DNA of 64,000 nt from Chrysomallon squamiferum (taxonomy: Eukaryota > Animalia > Mollusca): contig CM022679.1 in NCBI GenBank assembly GCA_012295275.1, forward strand, positions 21,204,001 through 21,268,000, written 5' to 3'. A program made the translations under genes and the position numbers. Every line of letters begins with the position of its first letter. Position 1 is the first letter of the stretch. This document shows positions 41,778 through 52,090 of this stretch, in pieces. The notes below the pieces were generated by a model. It was not told the origin of the DNA. It worked only from the letters and a program-made list of their open reading frames with translations, and searched no databases.

Positions 41778-44700
41778 ATTGTTTATTTTATTAAGTTGTA
41801 ATAAAAACTAAAAACAGTTATTTTTTTGATTATTATTATTATTTATTATCATCAAATAATAATATTAAGATTTTGTCCTTTGGCATTCACTAGATGCATT
41901 TCCATGTTTGGTGCAGATTTTTTTTTTTTTTTTCACTTTGTTAATACAGAACTAAGCTGTGTTGTTGATATCAGTAACACAGTATTGATTATTTGTCTTA
42001 ATGGATATTTGAAAAGACTTCAGTCAATCTCAACATGTTCTGTTAACGATTTCTTCATTAGAAATTAGTTGATTTTTTTTTTTCCCAGCCTATCTTGTGA
42101 TTAACCCTTGAGCATTTGAAAAATTGTGTTTTATCAATAGTAGAATCTAATATATATTTCTGGTAATATTATTTTTTATTTTATTATTATTTTTTTAATT
42201 TCATTTAATATTATTATTATTATTATTTTCATGTGTTTATTTATTGTTATAATTATAATTAAGAATTAATTGATTGATTTATTGATTTATCAATAGTGGA
42301 ATTTTAAATATATTTTCAGTAATGTTACTAATGTTTTGGGGTTTTTTTTTTTTTTAATTTCATTCATGATTATTATTATTATTTATTTTAAAAAATCTTT
42401 ACTTTTATTATTATTTTCATTTATTTATTTATTATTATAATTATTTGTCATTATTAATTGACTGATTTATTGATTAATTAATTAGTAATAATAATTTTTT
42501 TCTATTTTTTTCTTTCTCTTTTCTTTTCTTCTTCCTTTTTATTTGGTTTCTTTTTAAATCCTACAACTTTATCCAGAGACTTATTTTTATCTGTTTGCCT
42601 TTAGAAATTATAAAAGTGTTTGATAAACTATTTTTATTATTTTTATTTTTCTAGGATGTAAGCAACATGTTTCTAGGATCCTCAGGAATGTTTTCTAGTT
42701 CTTTTGTTTCAAGTGTCGCAACATTAAAACGATCAAAGAACCGACGAGCTTCAACTCTTCCAAACCTGAAAAAAATGTATGAAGAGGTAGGTTGTCATGA
42801 AAATATGTGTCTCTCAGCTTTAAACTTATTTACTGTCTAGTTAGAAGTATTTGTGTTTATTAATATGTATTTGAAACAGGCAAGAAGATAACTGCAGGTG
42901 CAGTGATTAAATTTTAATGCAGTTTTAACTTGACTGGACTCTAGTTTTATTAGCACACCTCTCTGATATCTCATATTTTGCATTATTACAGTTTTATAAT
43001 AAGAAATTCATTAAACTGAAAATACTTAATATTAAAAATAAATCTAACTTTTTAACTTTTTTTAATTAACGTTTGATGATGCATACAAATAAATTAAATA
43101 TGTATTGCAAACATTTTAGTTAATGTTTTTGTCAGCCACATTCTTTATAATAAATTATTTAAATCAGTTTAAATTGAAAAATTATGCAGGTTAATTTTGT
43201 TCAGCCTATTTTTGTAACTGTTGGAAAATAAAACTAAGATAAAATTTGGTATTTGTTGTTACAGGCTCAGATGGTTCGGCGAGTGAAGTCTTATCTCCAG
43301 AACATGCAGATTACAACAGATGAAGAGAAACTGAAAGACATGTCCCACAGATGTGAACAGCCAGGTGTGTGTAATAACAGTAACAACCTGATGTTGCTAT
43401 TATTATTACTATTATTATTATTGTTACTGTTATTATTAATGTTGTTTTTTATCTTTAACATATGATTTTATTATTTTTGTTATTTTTAAATTACTATTAT
43501 TAGTGTTACAATTAATGTTTTATTTTTATATTAATAATAGATATGTGTTTATTGTTGTTATTTATAAAATTATTATTTTATTATACTGTGTCTGTTGCTG
43601 TCATAATCAAAGGTGTTTCTGTTTTACAGTAATTATCAGTAATGTACATTTTTATTATTATTTTTAAATTATTACAATTTTTTTATCACACTGTTATTAT
43701 TACTGTCATTATTATTAATGTTTTTTTGTCTGTTTGTTATTAATTTCAAAGTATGTTATTAATCATCCTAGTTAATGCTTTTATTTAAATCAGTATTGGT
43801 TTTTTTTTTATTGTAAAAGAAAAAAATATTTCACAATTGTGAAACCATTCTTAGACAAATTAAAATATATATATATAAAAAAGAAAAAAAAATATAATAA
43901 GAAGAAGTTAATAACTTTCAGTTTGTGCAGAACTAACTGCCATTGATTATTTTAATTGTGATTACTGATTCTGTTGTTGTTAATATTTGACTAAATAACT
44001 TTATATTTTTTGTAATTATTGTTGTTTTTTATCTTCAGCTCGTCGAAGAGACACCTCACCAAACATCCCTCAGGGCTCTCCTGGCCACAAGATAGACGAG
44101 ACTAAACTACTGCAGTCTGGACCCAAATTCGGTAAACACAACTAAATACAGTGAAACATGTTTTAACAGCTTCTGTTGCTAGAGTTATCTCATAACCCGT
44201 TTCTTTATTTCAGTAGAAAACATCTGCGATGGTTGCCCACTCCATTCAGCTAATAACAACTTTCGTTTTAAACAGTGCTGTATTTGTTATTGTTTCTATG
44301 AATTGTCAATGAATAGTGTTTCTTTTTCTTTCTTTTATTTTTTTTATTTTTTTTTTACTCCCAGAGCATGGATATTTTTCTTTTTAATCTAAAGTTCATA
44401 AATTAAAACTTCTGTTTTATTTTAATTTTTTTCTTTATATATTTTCTGCGATTGATTGTTGAATGATTTATTTATCGGTATTGTATCCCAGTAACCTCTG
44501 CATGGTTGTCATAGTAACCTATCAAGGGATTATTGGGGATTATCCAGCTTGAGGTTTATTTTACAATATGTGTACAATGTAAACAAAATGGTGGCAAGGA
44601 TTGTTTTGAAATGTTTGGCTGATTTTTGCTTCGTATTTTATCATTGTGTCATAAAATTATTTATTTTGATAAATAAACATGCATTTTTTTAATTTCATGC

Positions 44701-47700
44701 TGACAAATTGAAATTGGTATTTTTAAGGAATAATATTCTCTTATTAAAAATATTGTGTCCTGGTAGCAGACAATATCAATTCTGTTACACACAAAATACA
44801 AAGTTCTTACATTAAAGTGAAATTACACAGAATACTTTAATTCAGCTTATACACATAACACAAAACTGAAATCACACTGGTGTAGATCATTTGACAATAA
44901 AACAAATTGTGCACCACTTGTGAATACAGTTCTATTCTGTATTACATGGTAAATTAGGTACCCAAACTGCCTTAATAATACCAGTTATATTTTTGTAGTA
45001 TTTGTTACATTATAATATATTTTTATAGGTGAATGTGGCAAAAATATAAAGTAAAATACTCACGTTACATGAATTATGCATATTACAGTAATTCTGTTTA
45101 ATTTACTGCATTTGATCAGAAAAATAAAATAGTTTATTAATACTGCAATAATAATAATAATAATAAATAAATAAATAAATAAAATTTAAAAAATTATTAT
45201 TCTTTAATAAAGGACTTTAAAAAAAGAAAAGAAATAGTAATAATAATAATTATGAATAAATAGAGATGTAAAAAAAAAAAAAAAAAAAAAAAAATTACTG
45301 TATTTTAATAGTAACAGATTTCAAAAAAAAGAAGAAAAATATCAATTCAGTTACAAAATTATTGCTAATAATAAATATAAAATTGAGAAAATGAATCTAC
45401 ATATTTAGTGCCTGTTATTAACAATCTCTGTGTGTGGAATGATTAAAAACTATCCATCATCATCATTACCACCACCATCATCATCATCATCATCATCAAC
45501 TACATTAACTCAAGTTTGTGCTTTTTCTAAATTCTGTACAATTAATAACGAGATTTCAAAACTAGTCACAATGTCCAACAGAAACACATTGACGCCGACG
45601 AGGTTGCTGAAAATGTTAAATGCTGATGTCGCTGATCTTTTACCATCAGGTTCAGAGTCACCAGGGGCAGTTCGCAAGATCATGGCTTTGACGGACAAAG
45701 TTCGTCCTCATAACCCCAAAATTCCCGTTCCAGCAGTCACTAGCCCCATCTCGGGGCGCCGGGGCCAGACTTCACCCCGCCACGGGGCGAGGCTGCAGCA
45801 CATGGTACACCTGTCTCCTGAGAGCTCCTCCGTCATCAGTCTTAGTAACATGCATATAGGCAAGCCCATTCGAACGGGTAAGAATGGCCGCCACGTTTTA
45901 ACAGGCTTTCCCCTTGTTGTCAGTGGATGAAATTTGTTGTGTAAATATTTGAATGCTAATAGGAAAAGTAATAGGAATTTAGGATGTTTTTTTTTTTTTT
46001 TTGTGAATTAAATGTAAGAATGGTTTAATTATTGAAGATTTGAAATTAATATATTTATTTAATTTCGTTATGTTTTATTTATAGTTATTTCGTTCTTTTA
46101 TTTCATTTTATTTTTTTAAAATTTTAATTATTATTATTGTTGTTATTTTTGTTTATTTATTTAGTATTAAAAAAATCACAAAAACATTTGGGTGGTCATT
46201 TATCCTTTCCTTTAATGGAAAAAAACTAAAACTATTAATAATTTGCAAATGTATTACGAAGCCTTTCAATTTGATTGATATAAAAACTTTGATTCAGAAA
46301 TTAATTTTGAAAACAAAATAAACAAAAATAAAATAATTTTCATTTACACAAGGGAAAGCCCAGGCCAGTGCATGCATGGGGGATGCATGCTATGATCTGT
46401 TTTGTGTCGCTTTTGTGTTGCTTTGTGAATGTTTAGCTTGTTCTATCATTTATTTTCATTCTCTTATTGATTTTATAAAGCATTATTTTTTTTTTTTTTT
46501 TTTTCTAATTTCTGAAGTCATATTTGTGAGAAAGCCTGTCATTTACATTTGCTTTATGAATTTGAGAGCATTCCATTAATCACTGGATTTGGTACATTGA
46601 TTTTGTTTTTTTGTTTAGCCGAGAGAAAAATATCGACAGAGATTTGTTACAGATGTATAATAATGTCTGAATATTAATAATTTTTATAATAATAATAATG
46701 TTGCATCTGTTTAAAAAATATTTTTAATAATAATAATAATAATGAATAAAAGATAACAAAAAAAGAATAAATTAATTTTTAAACATATGAAAAATAATAA
46801 TATTACAAATGAAAAAAGATAATAAGATACACAAAAAATATTAAAATTAATAAATACTGTAAGAAAATAAAAGACAACAAAAAATTACATTGTAATTTTT
46901 TTTTTTTTTAATTTTAATAATTTCTGTTTATTCTGTATTATTTTCTTCTAATTTTTCAATTTCTGTCAGTTCATAGACATAATAATAAAAGTAATAGTTA
47001 AATAGTTTTATTTTCCTAATTTATTTGTATAATTTCTCAATATTTTATATAAGTATTATTTTTTTTCCTTCTTCTTTTAAAAAAAAGCAGGAGAAAGGGA
47101 TATAATTTGTGTCTGTGTCTGTGTCATATTTGTATTGTTCTACATAATATCTGTATATTAAACCAGTGATGTTTGTAATTCAGCATCTATAGGTTCTACT
47201 GACTCAGCGAGCCCCACAAACAGTGTGAAAAGTTACCAGCAGCAGAGCTCCTCCGAGACAGACTCGGGTCACTGCTTCGACAGCCACAGCAGCAGTTCCA
47301 TTGGCTCCTACAACTCTCCTCCAGAACTGAGAAAGGCTGGACAAGCAGGTACACACCGTTTCATAGTTAATTTTCCCATCTTTACATTTATATTTAGTTT
47401 AATATTTAATGTCGAAATAGTAGACACCACCATATGTTAGCAGGTTCACTGTATTTAATGCACACATTAGTTAAAGATATTTATTTAACTTTAAATTATT
47501 TACTTCAGATTTATATTTGGTTAATGTTTACTAATATTAAAACAGCAGATGCTCATACCTTGATTTGGAATAAAGTAGAAATTAGAAAATATTTTCTACA
47601 CTTACAAATTATGTATATCTTTTATTAATATTTATTGTTGAAACAGTAGATGACTCATACTTCTTAGATGTATGTTGTGTTGTCTGCATGTTTACATAGA

Positions 47701-49022
47701 ATTATTCAAGTTTGTTGTGGTCATGTTGTTACACAGATATGACATATGTTTTTAAAATTGTTAACAATTATGTTAAATATAACAGTTATGGAAACACTGC
47801 CAGTTTTGCATAATGAATGACACTGTAATTTAAATATTATTTATGTTATAATGTAAGTTAATATATTTAATTCTAAAATTATTCCTTGTCTAGAGATTAA
47901 AGGGTCTCATCTACCTAATGTTCATTATGCATTATTCACATAATATGTGATATATATAATATATTATTTTATTTATGGGTCCTGGTTAAATGTTGTTTTG
48001 TATTGAAATGGACAGTTATGCATGTTTTCTACAACTAACATGGAATGTTGAATGAAAATGAAAAAATATTAATTTATACTTATACAAGATTATGATTATT
48101 ATTATTATTATTGTTTATTTATTTATTATAAAAATAGTGACAACATTTTTATTTCCATTTCTTTTACTTGTATAAAAATAATTTTAATACATAATTTGTA
48201 TAAAATTATATTGTTATTTAAAAAATAATAATAATATGAATAATAACAAGCAAAGTCTCTTTGAAATAATTAAATTAAAGAAATCATGTATAAGCATGTA
48301 TGTCTGAAAATATTGATGTGTGTAATTATTATATTTTTTATTACATGCATGTTGTGGTTTTTATACATGCAGAGTCTGATCTAACATTTTCTGAAATTTT
48401 CATATTTATTACATTCAACTTGCATGTGTTTGATAAATTTACAGCAGTATCTTCTCTTTTTTTCGTTTTTAATTTTCGTTCACATTTCTCTGTGCTGTTT
48501 TTAAAACAGTTAAGTAATTGAAAAATTTCTTTTGTTGTTTTTGAGTAAGCATTTCTTCAATATTTCTTCAAATAGTAAAATAAATTTAAAATGAAAAAAA
48601 AAAAAAGAATAAAAAAAGAATAAACATAATAATAAGAAAAAACCCAATAATAAGAAACATTAATAAATTGTAAAGACTTTCTATTTTCTCTACAGGAAAC
48701 TAATTATATAGTTCAGCTTAAAAAAAGTAATATAGCCATAGTAACAAACAGTAAGTTGTTAAAAAATAAAAAAATAAAAATAAAAATAAAAATAAATAAA
48801 TATTTCAAAAAAGGAGAGGAAACAAAAAGAAGAAATGTGTCCCTGAATCAGTGAGAGAATGGAATAAAAAAAAAATATTTTTGTTTATTAGGTCAGAATG
48901 TTTCTTAATTAACAGTTAATTAATATGAGACATGTGTTTTGATATTAGTAATTTAAAAAGGGTGAAAACAAATAATACATTAAATATGCTACTTAAGTTA
49001 ACAACAACAAAAAAAAAAATAA

Positions 49023-49053
<31 letters not shown>

Positions 49054-49389
49054 ATGATAAAAAATTTAATAATAATAATAAGTTATAAAGTAAAATAATT
49101 ATTTACAGTTTTGTTATGCTGATATTTTTTCAACAGTATACAATAGCTTCCAGCACCATAGTTCTTCATTTCCTCAGTTACGTGGACGGCCACGCCCGCC
49201 GTCATACCACATCGTCATGCAAAACACAGTAATGTCTGCCCCCACAGGTGAGAGAGATTCACTTCTGTAAATAAAAATAAAAAAGTTGAAAGAAATTTCA
49301 AGAAATTAAACTTTATAAAATACCCAATAGATTTTTTGGTAATTTGTTTTGTGGATGATGAAATTGGTAAAAAAAAAAAAAAAAAAATA

Positions 49390-49432
<43 letters not shown>

Positions 49433-51358
49433 TTTATTTATTTATTTATTTATTTAATAGTAATAAATATAAGTAATAATACTGTTTTTCAATATCTTAA
49501 AGTTTCTTATTTTATGGTTCATACTTAAAAAAAATATTTTTATTATTTTTTTTTTTTTTAATCTCAACAGTAAGAGAAATAATTTTATTTTTTTAATTTT
49601 TTTTTTAGTTCTATATTTTATGTAAACCTGGTCATAAATAACAAAAACAGATATATTAAATTTTTTTTTATCATTTTATTGAAATGAAATGCAAATTTGT
49701 ACTACAGAATTGTAGAAAATATGAAACGAATTGAAATAAATAGCTAAATCAACAAAAATATATATATTGAAAATTAATATTGTATCCTGAATATGGAACT
49801 GAATGAGATTAATTACTTTAATCAGCCATACTGTATGAAAAGGAAATAGCAAAATAAAAAGCTAAAAATAATAATGAAGTTAATTTAAAGAATAATAAAA
49901 AATATATATATATATATATATATGTATCATTATATGAATCTAATTTTTGCTTTTTGCATGTATAACTAACTGTTTGATTGGGCATATATTTATGGTTTGT
50001 CTAAATATATGTGTTGTGTTTATACATTAGTTTTGTAACAGAAGAAAATGTAATGCATTTATTTTGCATGTTTGGCTGGAATGCATATTTTAATAACCAT
50101 TGTAAAAACCCACATTTAATGTACTATAATCTGATACGAGTTTTATATGTGTTTTCTTACATAAATATTTATGTAAAATTCATGATATATTGCTGTTTGT
50201 CATTTAAATAGAAACAGACCTGTTATTATTTGATAGCTATATTTTAATGTCCAGTTGTTGTTGTTTTTTGTGGGGGGATGTATTGTTTTTGTTTTAAAAA
50301 TGTATTGGTTTTTTGTTCAGCTATATTAGTCTGTACTTATATAACAAAAACAAATATTTATTACTTAAGCAGAAAATCAGTTTGATAAAAACTTTGATAC
50401 TCGGAAATTATAAAATAAATGAAACAGATATTTACGTTATGTTAATTTATTTTTATTTGTTTATTATTATTATTTTTTTATTATTGTTTACTTCTTTTTT
50501 TTTTAATTATTATTTATTTATTTATTTTCTTTGTAACTGATAATATTTGGGATAATAAATTTGCAGGGACATAACTGAAAGCATAAGTTTTAACATAAAA
50601 AAACAAAAACAAGAAAGATAAAGTTATAATATTTGGAAAAAAAGGTGTTTTACATAGTTCGATTAAGTTCTTATTATTATTATTATTATTATTACTGCTA
50701 TTGTTGTTGTTATTATTACTATTATCTTTGTTGTTATTATTGTTGTTATTGTTATTACTATTATTATTGATTAAAAAAATGTGATATTAAGGATGATTGA
50801 GTGTACATGTTAAAACTTCAGCAATGAAGTAATAATAAAAACTACTACTACTACTAATAAAAATAAAATATAAAGCCCAGCAAAAACAAAAGAAGATACT
50901 TCACTAAAGCTCGTTATTATAAATTTTGTACTAGCTCCAAGTCAGTTCATTGCCCCTGCAAGCTTCCCAGGACCTCGGCCACCTCTTCCCGACTACCAAG
51001 CAGCTACACAGATGGCACAACTGGCAAGACAGAAACAGCTGTGGAAGATGGAACACTTGCAGCCAAATGAAGCCTGCTATGCAAAAGGCAGTTTTATTCC
51101 TCAGGATGGAGAAGGTTGGTAAATACATTTGTGGAAATGTTTCAAAATTAAAACTGTCTGTAACTGCTGTGAAGATTAAAAAAATAATAATAATTTTCAA
51201 GTTCATTTCTTAACTATTGTTTTATTTTACAGTATTTTCAGTTTTTATTAATATTATTATTGTTGTTGTTGTATATGTGTGTATGTGTACATATATTTAT
51301 TTATTTATTTATTCATTCATTTTCAGATGTTGACCAAGAACAAGTGTCTGCTGTTTGA
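12001..51358 (+). CDS. RAPGEF2: Rap guanine nucleotide exchange factor 2/6-like (PDZ-GEF); spliced gene, 28 coding exons in window, 5' partial
   Basis: The exon chain has consistent phases and encodes family motifs: [128 protein letters not shown], and the C-terminus EQVSAV*. An invertebrate copy would be co-orthologous to vertebrate RAPGEF2 and RAPGEF6. Confidence 0.96.
13708..13867. repeat. (TA)n / (TG)n microsatellite
   Basis: Direct inspection. Confidence 0.95.
14198..14488. repeat. Tandem duplication, 136 bp x2, bounded by (GT)n
   Basis: gaagtaatttaaaagtcaaaa... starts at 14219 and 14355; copies are near identical. Confidence 0.92.
17065..17817 (+). repeat. Minisatellite, unit about 86 bp, about 9 copies, each containing a copy of the splice acceptor
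   Basis: Unit contains ttattatttgatttcag|attg(a/g)ctat; AGs end at 17098, 17386, 17471, 17557, 17643, 17729 and 17807 (the real acceptor). Confidence 0.93.
17808..17948 (+). CDS. RAPGEF2: PDZ-GEF exon IDYPEVQ...DSVIDQ
   Basis: tttcag acceptor, cag|gtataa donor, 141 nt, open, phase 0-0. Confidence 0.82.
18961..19194 (+). CDS. RAPGEF2: PDZ-GEF exon LPADLQ...[12 protein letters not shown]...[14 protein letters not shown]
   Basis: Long poly-T plus ccag acceptor, gtaaat donor, 234 nt; LPAD and VDSDEE motifs. Confidence 0.92.
20711..20815 (+). CDS. RAPGEF2: PDZ-GEF exon [16 protein letters not shown]...FMQHFR
   Basis: tttgcag / gtaaac, 105 nt, conserved motif. Confidence 0.95.
21715..21970. repeat. 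(CA)n / (CATA)n microsatellite cluster
   Basis: Direct inspection. Confidence 0.92.
23579..23769 (+). CDS. RAPGEF2: PDZ-GEF exon, cNMP-binding-like domain AFANMT...LIMGD(S)
   Basis: aaacag / gtagaa, 191 nt, phase 0 to 2. Confidence 0.95.
24579..24696 (+). CDS. RAPGEF2: PDZ-GEF exon FGITPT...[19 protein letters not shown]
   Basis: ttgcag / gtaaca, 118 nt, phase 2 to 0. Confidence 0.95.
24725..24826. repeat. Tandem duplication, about 51 bp x2
   Basis: aatatgatatttattaataaactgttaaacatgaaaggtaatctcttaagt occurs twice. Confidence 0.9.
25152..25256 (+). CDS. RAPGEF2: PDZ-GEF exon GEENT...RRGHIVIR
   Basis: cttcag / gtacat, 105 nt. Confidence 0.95.
25592..25756 (+). CDS. RAPGEF2: PDZ-GEF exon, REM domain GTPGRL...PMLRSK
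   Basis: tttcag / gtgagt, 165 nt. Confidence 0.95.
26950..27057 (+). CDS. RAPGEF2: PDZ-GEF exon, REM domain [17 protein letters not shown]...LLEKE
   Basis: tttcag / gtacat, 108 nt. Confidence 0.95.
27617..27634 (+). CDS. RAPGEF2: Candidate 18-nt alternative microexon PEGLDE
   Basis: tattttccag|cctgagggtctagatgag|gtaaga; phase 0-0 matches the host intron; no stop codon. Confidence 0.55.
28619..28980. repeat. 20-bp minisatellite (gtaatagggtattttgattt), about 18 copies
   Basis: Direct inspection; a variant unit gttcaagagtattttgattt is interspersed. Confidence 0.92.
29839..30042 (+). CDS. RAPGEF2: PDZ-GEF exon [17 protein letters not shown]...GLKRGDQ (PDZ domain, first part)
   Basis: tttcag / gtaaga, 204 nt. 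Confidence 0.95.
30231..30339 (+). CDS. RAPGEF2: PDZ-GEF exon ILEVNG...VKSNLH (PDZ domain, second part)
   Basis: tttcag / gtacgt, 109 nt, phase 0 to 1. Confidence 0.95.
30893..31142 (+). CDS. RAPGEF2: PDZ-GEF exon DFKEMLL...LPKNLNS
   Basis: cattcag / gtatgt, 250 nt, phase 1 to 2. Confidence 0.9.
31681..31918 (+). CDS. RAPGEF2: PDZ-GEF exon DGNN...SASNPDLS...[21 protein letters not shown] (start of RA domain)
   Basis: tttcag / gtcagt, 238 nt, phase 2 to 0. Confidence 0.93.
32086..32150 (+). CDS. RAPGEF2: PDZ-GEF exon [21 protein letters not shown] (RA domain)
   Basis: attcag / gtaatt, 65 nt, phase 0 to 2. Confidence 0.94.
32983..33090 (+). CDS. RAPGEF2: PDZ-GEF exon NYSLCEVTV...[20 protein letters not shown](R) (RA domain)
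   Basis: tttacag / gtatgt, 108 nt, phase 2 to 2. Confidence 0.95.
38250..38484 (+). CDS. RAPGEF2: PDZ-GEF exon YYLKNN...[10 protein letters not shown]...KFAE (start of RasGEF domain)
   Basis: gctcag / gtgagg, 235 nt; a second in-frame acceptor AG ends at 38225. Confidence 0.95.
39096..39195 (+). CDS. RAPGEF2: PDZ-GEF exon [12 protein letters not shown]...KHFIKIA
   Basis: ttgtag / gtaagt, 100 nt, phase 0 to 1. Confidence 0.95.
39429..39556 (+). CDS. RAPGEF2: PDZ-GEF exon [18 protein letters not shown]...KMFQ
   Basis: ccacag / gtagtc, 128 nt, phase 1 to 0. Confidence 0.95.
39660..39877. repeat. 47-bp minisatellite, about 4.6 near-perfect copies
   Basis: gattcatttactgtgaagtaatttgatttgttctgtttgaatcaatt starts at 39661, 39708, 39755, 39802 and 39849. 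Confidence 0.95.
40225..40555 (+). repeat. Degenerate tandem copies of the acceptor and exon start
   Basis: acag|gatcttca (40268), ccag|gctcttcagagtttgatg (40326) and acag|gttcttcaaagtttgat (40441) versus the true acag|gatcttcagagtttgatg (40537). Confidence 0.85.
40538..40621 (+). CDS. RAPGEF2: PDZ-GEF exon [16 protein letters not shown]...QPPM
   Basis: taacag / gtgtgt, 84 nt. Confidence 0.95.
41110..41256 (+). CDS. RAPGEF2: PDZ-GEF exon [13 protein letters not shown]...[16 protein letters not shown]...SARY
   Basis: tctcag / gtaagt, 147 nt. Confidence 0.96.
42655..42786 (+). CDS. RAPGEF2: PDZ-GEF exon DVSNMF...[15 protein letters not shown]
   Basis: ttctag / gtaggt, 132 nt. Confidence 0.92.
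43265..43364 (+). CDS. RAPGEF2: PDZ-GEF exon [11 protein letters not shown]...RCEQP
   Basis: ttacag / gtgtgt, 100 nt, phase 0 to 1. Confidence 0.93.
44039..44131 (+). CDS. RAPGEF2: PDZ-GEF exon ARRRDTSP...GPKF
   Basis: cttcag / gtaaac, 93 nt, phase 1-1. Confidence 0.85.
45650..45877 (+). CDS. RAPGEF2: PDZ-GEF exon [14 protein letters not shown]...LSPESSSV...KPIRT
   Basis: catcag / gtaaga, 228 nt, phase 1-1, GC-rich and open. Confidence 0.87.
46619..46654 (+). CDS. RAPGEF2: Candidate 36-nt cassette exon [12 protein letters not shown]
   Basis: ttttttgtttag acceptor, gtataa donor, phase 1-1, open. Confidence 0.4.
47184..47348 (+). CDS. RAPGEF2: PDZ-GEF exon ASIGSTDS...[14 protein letters not shown]...AGQA
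   Basis: attcag / gtacac, 165 nt, phase 1-1; a second in-frame AG lies 9 nt downstream (exon start 47193). Confidence 0.86.
49137..49247 (+). CDS. RAPGEF2: PDZ-GEF exon containing a PPSY (PY) motif
   Basis: caacag / gtgaga, 111 nt, phase 1-1; encodes [10 protein letters not shown]. Confidence 0.85.
50935..51114 (+). CDS. RAPGEF2: PDZ-GEF exon containing an LPDY motif
   Basis: tactag / gttggt, 180 nt, phase 1-1; encodes [11 protein letters not shown]. Confidence 0.85.
51327..51358 (+). CDS. RAPGEF2: Terminal coding exon [10 protein letters not shown]
   Basis: tttcag acceptor; EQVSAV matches the conserved class I PDZ-binding C-terminus of RAPGEF2/6; TGA is followed by TAA. Confidence 0.95.
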
Positions 51359-52090
51359 TAAGCTGTGAGCAGATTAATAACAAAAGTTTTAATAATAATA
51401 GTAATAATATTTATACTGGTGCAGTTGTATTGCAAACTGTGATAACATGACTGTCTTACCCATCTGGCATCCAGAAGACAACAATAATCCATGAGGAAAC
51501 ACAAAATAATATGACAACACAATACCTGAAACAACACATTAGATGTTTGTGACAACATAAAATATATCTAAGACCACAGAAAATATATCTGAGACAACAC
51601 AAAATCAATCTAAAAGATAGCAAATCTCATGAAGGATGTATAAATCATAAAATGTGGAATATATCAAAAAAATGTAGTCTAGGATACTACCAGAAAATAA
51701 AAAAAAAATCAAGTAAAAAAAATCAAATTGTGGAGACAATATAAAAACAGCAAGAAGAACCGCACCAAATAGTCCTGGACAAAACATAATACTGACTGCA
51801 AGACAGAATAATTGAGGGTGACAGTACAAAATGAAGTTGTGGAGTAAGCACAAATACAGGATACAAGATAATGAGAAAGACAAGTCATGGAAGGTTAAAA
51901 AAGAAAATCCTGGAAGCTAGTGTGACTGGTTGTTCTTCTGGAAAAATTTGGATGTTTCGTGACAGAAACGAAAAAGGAAAAACCAAATTGAAGTTTAAGT
52001 ATCAGGAGAATAGTTGATTAAAAGGAAAAGAAAAAAGAATACTTTTTAGTAATGTACAGATTGTTTTGTGAGGGTTTTTTTTTCTGGCAT

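Noticed and set aside
46567-46591. Microexon ending at ttg|gtacat
   Set aside because: Lengths of 23 or 25 nt break the frame, and the acceptors are GAG.
51356-51361. Stop-codon readthrough
   Set aside because: TGA is immediately followed by TAA, and the PDZ ligand must be terminal.
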